DNA of 53,503 bases from Reclinomonas americana ATCC 50394 (Eukaryota), in the NCBI GenBank assembly GCA_048213135.1, contig PS015051.1, positions 38,398 through 91,900 on the forward strand, in the 5' to 3' direction. Each line of letters begins with the position of its first letter. Positions within the stretch are counted from its first letter, which is position 1. Positions 44,243-53,503 of this stretch are shown one piece after another. A model generated the notes under the pieces. That model was not told where the DNA came from and ran no database searches. It saw only the letters and a list, made by a program, of their open reading frames with translations. The translations under genes were made by a program, and so were the position numbers.

Positions 44243-45017
44243 GGAGGCGCGGTAAAATTGTAGCAGGAGATGAAATTATGTGAGTCCGAACTTATAAAAC
44301 AGCGGTGGTCNNNNNNNNNNNNNNNNNNNNNNNNNNNNNNNNNNNNNNNNNNNNNNNNNNNNNNNNNNNNNNNNNNNNNNNNNNNNNNNNNNNNNNNNNN
44401 NNNNNNNNNNNNNNNNNNNNNNNNNNNNNNNNNNNNNNNNNNNNNNNNNNNNNNNNNNNNNNNNNNNNNNNNNNNNNNNNNNNNNNNNNNNNNNNNNNNN
44501 NNNNNNNNNNNNNNNNNNNNNNNNNNNNNNNNNNNNNNNNNNNNNNNNNNNNNNNNNNNNNNNNNNNNNNNNNNNNNNNNNNNNNNNNNNNNNNNNNNNN
44601 NNNNNNNNNNNNNNNNNNNNNNNNNNNNNNNNNNNNNNNNNNNNNNNNNNNNNNNNNNNNNNNNNNNNNNNNNNNNNNNNNNNNNNNNNNNNNNNNNNNN
44701 NNNNNNNNNNNNNNNNNNNNNNNNNNNNNNNNNNNNNNNNNNNNNNNNNNNNNNNNNNNNNNNNNNNNNNNNNNNNNNNNNNNNNNNNNNNNNNNNNNNN
44801 NNNNNNNNNNNNNNNNNNNNNNNNNNNNNNNNNNNNNNNNNNNNNNNNNNNNNNNNNNNNNNNNNNNNNNNNNNNNNNNNNNNNNNNNNNNNNNNNNNNN
44901 NNNNNNNNNNNNNNNNNGCTGCGTTTGTTTAATTTCTGCTGATCCACGGCGCGCGCAACACACACGTTCTCGCACAATAACGATTCAAAAATGGGGGAGT
45001 GAGACCACAGCGCGCGC

Positions 45018-48000
45018 TTACAGCTCCTCGTCGAGGAAGCGTGTGTACAACTCGGTCTTCTTTTGCGGAGGTGCCACCGTCTTCTTCTTGCACCAGTCGT
45101 GCTTGAGGCCGTACCAAATCACAAAGATCACCAGTGCGGCTCCGACAATGGAGAAGACCACAGCCTGCGTGTGGATGGATGAGTCGCCATGCACACAGAC
45201 AGCAAAAATGATGACGACGACCACAGCAATAACGCAACAAGAGCAATCACGTAGGCCGGTGTGCCGCTGGCAGTGGCGCTGACAGAGATCTGGCTGCTGG
45301 CCACTGTGACGAAATTGGTCGAGTCCGCAAAGCGGATGCACATTTGATAGGAGCCAGTGGAGGAGATCGACAGCGGGAAGGTGTCCTGATCGCCAATCTG
45401 GCTGTTGGCTGTTTGAGGGGATAAAAAGAAGTTAGGGGGTCTGCAAGGTATGTTCACACACGCTTCACCACCATGCGCAACTAATGACGCCGAGGGACAC
45501 CGACGGGTCGTTCGACAGCGTGGTCTGCGACTGGCACTGCACCGTCGGCTGCACAATGCGAATCACATCGGCCGAGGTGAGACCAGTGCCCGACACCGTC
45601 ATTGTGATTTGCGTGTTGACGACAAAGCTGGTCGGGGTGAAGCCGGTGGTCGTCGGCACGGCCACAGCCACCACGCCGTTGCGCACCGTCTGGAAGTTCG
45701 AGAAGCCCGAGAAGCGGATGCAGATCTGCGGCGACGGATAAGCGAGAAGCAAAGAGAGGGGTGTCATATCGAGAAAAGTGTCACAAGCGAGGAAAGTGTG
45801 GAGAATGTGAAACAACCAGGGAAGGTGTTATAACGAGAGGATGGTGCGTCACAACCAANNNNNNNNNNNNNNNNNNNNTCCCTTTTCCATCCCTTTTCCA
45901 AAGCACGCAACTGCATAGGCACCGACTTGCGCAATCGTGGCCTGGAAGCTCAGCACCGTGGCCGCATCATTAATGGTCTGAACCGAACCAACGGTGACTC
46001 CTGGCGCGTTGACTGGCGATCCCTGCGTGCAGTCGCCGCTCTCCTGGATAATGACGATCGAGTCGGATGGGCGCAGACCCTGACCAACGACGCTAAACGT
46101 GGTCACAATGACCGACGAGCGCACGGCCACTGGCGGGCCAAAGTTATTGGTGGAGGGTGCTGTGATTGATACACAAGTAATGGGCGTGAGTGACGGAGAA
46201 GTCCACAGTTCAAAAAATAGCATTTGCGAGGAAGGGCGCTTGATGAACAGACACTCAAGAACAAGACCATCTCTCTTTCTCTCACACACAAACTTTTCAC
46301 ATCCTTCCTCTCTCTCTTGATCAATTTCTATGATTCTCCCACACCGGAACATACAGTGCAAACTCAAAGAATGAAAGATGTACCAAACACCACACGTGCA
46401 GCATAAGGAGTAACCACACAACCATTCTTGTTCAGCATATAACAGACTACGACATGCACACGACACAAACACACACACACACACACACGCACACACACAA
46501 CAGCATCTCTCTCACTCTCCTGCTGTCCTTCTCCCCTCCCCCTTCCCCTCCCCCTTCTCCCTCTGACGAAACTGATGGACTGAATTGTCCCTGGCACCGC
46601 GCTCGGCGACGTCGGCTGATTGGTGCCCCGGAACGACACACAGAACATAAAATTGGCCAGCGCCGTGGGCGTCACCGGCACAATCAGATTCGACGTGGTC
46701 GGGTCCACCGACGGCGAGCCGACCGACACAAGCGGCGAATTGCCAGACGCGTTGCTGCAGGTCGCGCGCACCACAATTGCAGGTGACGCGGACCGCGCAG
46801 AGAGCGAGCTGCCATCGGCGACTCCCTCTGCACCCGTGGTCATGTCGGGGGTGATGACAAACACCTGGTTGAAGGAGCTCATGGCCGCGCCAGTAATCAT
46901 CACATTATTGATGGCATTCAGTGCCATGGGTGGGGCGGTGATGCCAATGGTTTGCGGCGCTGTGACGCGAGGAAGAGAGTGAGTGCGTGCGTGCGGGCGG
47001 GCGGGCAACAAAAAGGAAGAATTCCACTGGCGACGAAACTGGTGACCACCAAAGCCGGCGAGCCAGCCAGCGTGGTGTACGTCGAGGAGCCCGAGAAGAG
47101 CATGCACGGAGTGTACGAGCCGGCCGTCGAGCCAGTAATGGTCACAAACAGCATGGTGCCAGTTGAGTTGGCGGTCACCGTGCCAATGTTGAACGACGAG
47201 TTGCTCATGACATTCTGTGAGCGCGCAAGGAGGAGGGTGAGAGAGGTGAGACGTGGCACTAGGATTCGTGAAACGGAAGCTGCACGAAACATTGCCACCG
47301 CACGTCGTGCCAGAGCCGACAATGGCCAACACGGAGTTGGTGGCCGCGAGGTACTGTCCTTGCATGGTGAACACCACAGCAGCGCCCGGTCCAATAGACA
47401 GCGGCCATGCCAGCGATTGCACGGCAGCTAAAACAGAGTGAGTCAACGAAATGCGTTATGACAACAAGCAATTCTAAGATAACGCACAGTTGACGGTGAG
47501 AGTGCCGTTGGTGACGGAGCTGTAATTGGCGGTGCCGTTCAGCTTGATACACAGCCTGTACTGGCCGGCAGCTTGCACGTTTACAGTGATGACCAACAGC
47601 GAGCTGGAGACCGCCGTGACAGTGGAGATGGAGAATCCGCTCTGTTCAGAGATGGTGAGCACACTCCTTTCTCTCCTCTTTTCCCTTCCAGTCCCACTCA
47701 CCGCCACCGGCGGCTGCGGCACGGCACACGAATTGGTGACAGCCGTTGCCGTAATAGTGTTGGACGAATTCAGCTGCGAGCCGGAGATGCTAATGGTCAC
47801 CGAGGTGTTGGCGGCGATCTGTGTGGGCGCCATGTTCGAGGTTGTGGAGCCTGCAAATCGGAATAGAAAGATACGAGTTTAGCGGTGCGGGATAGCTGAC
47901 AGTGATTCGAGGAGACCAGGAAGGAAAAGAGCAGCGAAGACTGCCCTCGTTGATCTCTTTTCTCATCGCTGCTCTCTCTCTCTCTCTCCTTCTCGCTGCT

Positions 48001-50887
48001 CTCCTCTTCTCTCTCTACTGCTCTCTTCGTCTCGCTTGCTGCTCTCCTCTCGCTGCTCTCTCCTCTCGCTGCTCTCTCCTCTCGCTGCTCTCTCCTCTCG
48101 CTGCTCTCTCCTCTCGCTGCTCTCTTCTCTCCCTGCTGCTCTCTCCTCTCTCGCTGCTCTCCTCTTCTCTCCCTACTACCCCTCTCCCTTTCCGCAATCC
48201 TCCCTTCCCTTTTTCTTCCCCTCCCTTACCGTTGATGGACAACACTCCCACCAGCGACGGCTGATTGTTACCAAAGTACGTGACACACACATTGTAGTTG
48301 GCCACCGGCACCGCGTTGACGGAGATGCTGAAGACCAGCGCCTGCGGCCCGAGCGAGCTCAGCGACGAGATGGAGGTGACCGTCGGGTCGTTCTGCTGCG
48401 CCGATCCGCAGCTGATGACGCTGTTGACGACCAGCACCGAGTTGTTGGTTGCCGCAAAGTTGGCACCCTGCACGGTGACTTGGGTCAGCGTGTTCGGGCC
48501 AATGGCCGCAGGCACGAGGGCGGTCGAGGTCGGCGCTGCGAAGGCCAGCACATTAGTGAGACGTGGTTCTTTCAGACACAAGATGAAAGCACGCAGACAT
48601 ACCGAGAACGGAGAGGACACCCGAATTGACGGCCACGTAGTTGACGGAGCCAGAGAACCTGCGATGGCGAGTGAGATTCTCAGCCGAAACATGTTCCATG
48701 TGAATAGCACGCAACAGAATGCACAGCTGCATCGACTGAGCCTGGCTGGTGGTGAAACCAACGGAGACGATATTGGCGCCCTGAATGTTGAGCGAGCCAG
48801 TCGTCATGGTGGTGCTCGGTGGCAGCTGCGGATTCTGCGAGTTGCACGACTGCGAGTTGGTCGTCAGCGTCATGGCGACAGTGGCGCCCAGCTGGCTTCC
48901 AGAGACAGTCACAGTCGTCTGTGTGGCGAACGGCACTTGCGACGGAGTGACGGACGTCGTGTTGGCGGAGATCTCTGCATGGAGGAAGTGAGCCGAGGTA
49001 TTGATGACACCTGGAAAAGATATCAGCGACGCAACGCTGCAGGGTGAACGTGCCACCTTGCACTGTGACGAACGAAACGCCGTTCTGCAGCCTGTTGGGT
49101 ACCAACGAAAAGTTAGAAACTAAGTTGCCACGCATGCTCCTTTCTCTCGCTGTGCTCCATTCTCTTGCTCTGCTCCATTCCTCTCGCTGTGCTCCATTCC
49201 ACTCGCTCTGCTCCATTTCTCTCGCTGTGCTCCATTCCACTCGCTCTGCTCCATTCCTCTCGCTCTGCTCCATTCCTCTCGCTCTGCTCCATTCCTCTCG
49301 CTCTGCTCCATTCCTCTCGCTGTGCTCCGTGTGTCATGCTGATCACCAATGGATCTACAAATCAGGTGTGCTCTCCCTCTCTCTGTCTCGCTCTCTATGA
49401 TTGTGACGTGTCTCTTGCTGTTGTTCGTGTCGTTGTCGACCATAAGCAACTGCAATTTCACATCGAATACTGCAAATAACAATGGAGACGGTGGTAGCAC
49501 TCTCTCTCGATGTGTTCTTTCTCTCGCTGTGCTCCTTGCTCTCGCTGTGCGCCATTTCTCTCGCTGCGCTCCTTTCCTCTCGCTGTGCTCCTTTCCTCTC
49601 GCTGTGCTCCTTTCCTCTCGCTGTGCTCCTTTCCTCTCGCTGCGCTCCTTTCCCTCCCGCTTGTTGACGCAACTTGATGCAAATGTTGTAGGTGCCCAGC
49701 GCAGCATTGCCAGTGGCAATCGGCACCGTCATGAGGTTGCCACCGCCAGTCGGCGTGCCAATGTTGAAGCCAGCGGCGGCAGTCGGGTTGGACGCGACGC
49801 ACGAACTCGCGGCCGGCACCACCACAACATTGTTGGTGGTTTGCAGGTTGAAGCCCGTAATGGTCACCGACGTGGTGGCGTTAGGCGCCAAGAGCACAGG
49901 GTTGAAGCTGGTGGTGGTGGCATCTGCGCGGACACAGAGAGGGTGGTGAGACAACAGACAAGGTGTTCCTTAAGCTGAATCACTTCTCCAACCTGTAATT
50001 TTCTCTCTCACACACACCAACTCTCTTTGCTTCCTCCTCCTCCTTCTTCTCCTCATCTCACTCTCTCACTCTCTCTTTCTCGTTTCTTTCTCTCCCTCTC
50101 CCACACTCTCTAGAACACCAACTCGCGTTGTCTCCTCCTTCTGATCTCCCTCTCTCACTCTTCATCTCACTTCCCACCCTTCTCCCCTTTCCCCCTTCGT
50201 CACCCCTTCCTTTCCCTTCCATCCCCTTCTCCTTCCCCCACTCACCAGTGATACCCAATTGTCCATTAATGACGGCCACATACGCCGGCGCTCCCGAGAA
50301 CTTGATGCAAGTAACGTACTGACCGGCGGGTCCCGAAATCTGCACTGTCTCGTTGCCGATGCTCGTGCTGGCGACCGCGCTCACTGTCACCGTGTTCACT
50401 TGCGCAGAAGTTCCGCAAGTGCCACCCGATGCAATCACTTGGATCGAGTCATTGGCGCCAAAGCCGTAGCCTTGAACTGCGCAGTTATCGAAAAGAATGA
50501 GGGTCACTGATCGTTTTGCATCTCCAACATCCACCAACTGCATCGCAACTTGTGACGGTCTTGGACGGGTTGCCGCTGCCAATGGTGGCCGGCGAAATGC
50601 CAGTGGTGCCCTGCACACCGAGGTTGCCGCCATTGACCAGCACGTATTGATTGGTGCCGGTGAACTGCAGGCAGACGAGGTAGGCTCCCGGTGAGCTAAT
50701 CGCCACACCGCTGATGACGAGTTGCGTGGGCGGTGTGCCGGCAGTGACGAGGCCAATGACCACACCCGAGGCGGGTGCCGGGTCGGTGGCGCAGTTGCCG
50801 CCAGCGGGGAGGATCTTGATGGCGTCGGTGCCGGAGAAACTGCGGGTGAGGGAAAGGGTGAGCAGGGTAGCGGAGAAAGAGGCAAGG

Positions 50888-50933
<46 letters not shown>

Positions 50934-51805
50934 AGAAGAGAGAAGAAAGAAAGAGAGACGAGAAGAGAGAAGAAAAGAAAGAGAGACGAGAAGAAGAGAA
51001 GAAGAAGAAGAGAAGAAGAAGAAGAAGAAGAAGAAGAAGAGAGAGAGAGAGAGAGAGACACGACAATAAGAAGAAGAAAGAAAAGAAGAGAGGAGGAGGA
51101 GGACGAAGAAGAGAGTAGTAGAAGAAAGAAGTAAAGTAAAGAAAAGAAGAGAAGAAGNNNNNNNNNNNNNNNNNNNNNNNNNNNNNNNNNNNNNNNNNNN
51201 NNNNNNNNNNNNNNNNNNNNNNNNNNNNNNNNNNNNNNNNNNNNNNNNNNNNNNNNNNNNNNNNNNNNNNNNNNNNNNNNNNNNNNNNNNNNNNNNNNNN
51301 NNNNNNNNNNNNNNNNNNNNNNNNNNNNNNNNNNNNNNNNNNNNNNNNNNNNNNNNNNNNNNNNNNNNNNNNNNNNNNNNNNNNNNNNNNNNNNNNNNNN
51401 NNNNNNNNNNNNNNNNNNNNNNNNNNNNNNNNNNNNNNNNNNNNNNNNNNNNNNNNNNNNNNNNNNNNNNNNNNNNNNNNNNNNNNNNNNNNNNNNNNNN
51501 NNNNNNNNNNNNNNNNNNNNNNNNNNNNNNNNNNNNNNNNNNNNNNNNNNNNNNNNNNNNNNNNNNNNNNNNNNNNNNNNNNNNNNNNNNNNNNNNNNNN
51601 NNNNNNNNNNNNNNNNNNNNNNNNNNNNNNNNNNNNNNNNNNNNNNNNNNNNNNNNNNNNNNNNNNNNNNNNNNNNNNNNNNNNNNNNNNNNNNNNNNNN
51701 NNNNGGTACCGGGTACGGGTACCGGGACGGGTACGGGTACGGGTTACGGTTACGGGTACGGTACGGGTACGGGTACGGGTACGGGACGGACGGAGAGAGG
51801 AGGAG

Positions 51806-51872
<67 letters not shown>

Positions 51873-53283
51873 CAAAGAGAAAGAGAGAGAGAAAAAAGAG
51901 AGCGGCAAAGAGTGAGAAAGAAAAAAGAGAGACAGGCAAAGAGAGAATAAGAAAGAGAGAATAAGAAAGAGAGAATAAGAAAGAGAGAGACAGAGAGAGA
52001 GACACGCAAATAGAGAGAAAGAAAAAGAGAGAGGGAGAGGGAGGCAAAGAGAGAGTGTGGAAAAGAGAATTAGAAAAAAGAGAAGCAATGAGAAAGAAAG
52101 GCACAGATAGAAGGGGAGGGAGAGGTAAGGAGAGACAAAGGCCAAAGGTTTAGGGGCGATGAGAGAGAAAGCAAAGAGAGAGAAAAGAAGTGAGCGAGAG
52201 AGAGGAAAGAGATCGAATGAGAGTTCCAGGCGAGCACGAACAATGCGCACAGAAGTAACACTACTCAGCTTGCAACTAACAGCGGCGAACTCATCCATGC
52301 TCACTCACGCATTCTCGCCTTTTTACAACATGCTCTACTGCCATCTGCGGCACCGGCTCAACTCCTATCATGCTTATCTCCACATCTTGTTGCAAACCGC
52401 CCCAAGTCTGGCAAACACACACATACAGATAAAGTACTCTGTCGCTGTCCACGCTTACGCTCTCATGCACGCACAGCCTCTTGCCGAACGCAAGCAGTCC
52501 TCGAGCAAACAGACATTCGCACAATCTCTCAGTCCTCTCGCCTTCTTTTCCTACGCTTATCTGCTCTTGTTCCTCCTCCTCCTTCTCCTCCTCCTCTTCT
52601 TCTTCTTCTTCCTCTTCTCTCCCTTTCTCTCTCCCTTTCCCTTCCATCTCCCCTCCCTCCCCCTTTGCTCACCCGAATCCCTGCACCGTCACCGGGGTCG
52701 CCACTCGGGGAATCAACGGCGGAGTGATGCCGGTGGTGCCCTGCACGTACACAATGCCGTTCGTCACCTTGGCATACGACGTTGCCGACGCCACCCTGCA
52801 ACCATCGTTAGCCACAAATATCTCGATCGACAAACACAATGCCCGAAACGCACATGATGCACAGCTGGTAGCCGCCGCTGGTGCTGCCAGTCAGCTGCAC
52901 CGTCAGTGCCGTGGACGCGGTCGACGAGAGCGCGCCGACTGTGATGGCAGTCGACGGAGTGTCGGTGCAGGCGCCAGTGGAGGCCACCGCAATCACGGTA
53001 TTGGCTGTGCTAAGACCAAAGCCCTGAATGACAATGCCCGTGGCCACGTTCGGCACGAGAACGCTGGAGGCGAGACCAGTGGTGCCGGCCGCCACAAGCG
53101 TAGTGGGCACGGCAGCGAACTGACCACCCGGGAACTGGATGCACAGCTTGAAGTTGCCGGGCGTGGGAATGGTGACTGGCACCTGCAGCTGGATCGGGGT
53201 GCCGGCCAGCGCGCCGACCACAATGTTCATCGGCTGAGTGTCGGCGCAGGTGCCGGCGGCGGTGACGACCTTGAACGCGTCGC
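45018..53283 (-). CDS. Large type I membrane protein with about 12 or more tandem ~100-aa two-Cys beta-rich (IPT/Ig-like) repeats; 5' end outside window
   Basis: About 20 exons encoding repeats of the form P..VTVxGxxLxxxDxIxVV....C...GxYxLCIxFxG..Y..VxNGxLxV. These are followed by a TM segment (AYVIALAVVFSIVGAALVIFVIWYG) and the tail KHDWCKKKTVAPPQKKTELYTRFLDEEL* (last exon 45018-45164). Confidence 0.85.
49140..49655. repeat. 20-mer CTCGCT(C/G)TGCTCC(A/T)TTCCT minisatellite, two blocks
   Basis: Tandem copies at ~49140-49328 and ~49520-49650 within one intron. Confidence 0.85.
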
Positions 53284-53503
53284 TGGAAGGGGGAAAAGGG
53301 AAGAGAGGGGGAAAGGGAAGAGAGGGGGAAAGGGTGAGTACATAGCACAAAGACACATGACAAAGTATCTCTCTCCGTGTGCGTGTGAGAGAGAGGACAG
53401 CAGTGCTTTCCAGGCACTCAGCATTATTGATGACGACAGTTCTCGCATTTCCTCACTTTTCCTTTTCTCGCACACACACACTCTCTCTCACACAGTCTTC
53501 CCA

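Overview
Intron-rich, microsatellite-laden draft genome of a flagellated unicellular eukaryote (CFAP221 present; choanoflagellate-like in style, but the taxon cannot be determined here), with many N gaps. The long ORF-track entries are mostly gap or repeat artefacts, so I built gene models by hand from splice sites and reading frames. In order: CFAP221/PCDP1 (+, partial), PDK1 (-), a small Cys-rich ORF, an ankyrin/coiled-coil/HEPN-like/kinase gene (+), a low-complexity unknown gene (+), an RRM gene (+), an ARM-like gene (-), a CrtR-like desaturase/hydroxylase (-), a bacterial-type VOC/glyoxalase (+), PNO1/DIM2 (+), and the 3' part of a large repeat-rich type I membrane protein (-). Three results stand out. 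(1) At least 27 introns in 8 genes, roughly a third of the donors I traced, begin GTTGCG, a 1-nt-shifted form of GTGCGT, and nearly always lack exonic -1 G. (2) The ankyrin + HEPN-type RNase + kinase gene has the same parts as RNase L in a different order. (3) That gene lies in a ~7 kb segment bounded by 53/54-bp inverted repeats flanked by an AAG direct repeat. All family assignments come from remembered motifs, not database searches.
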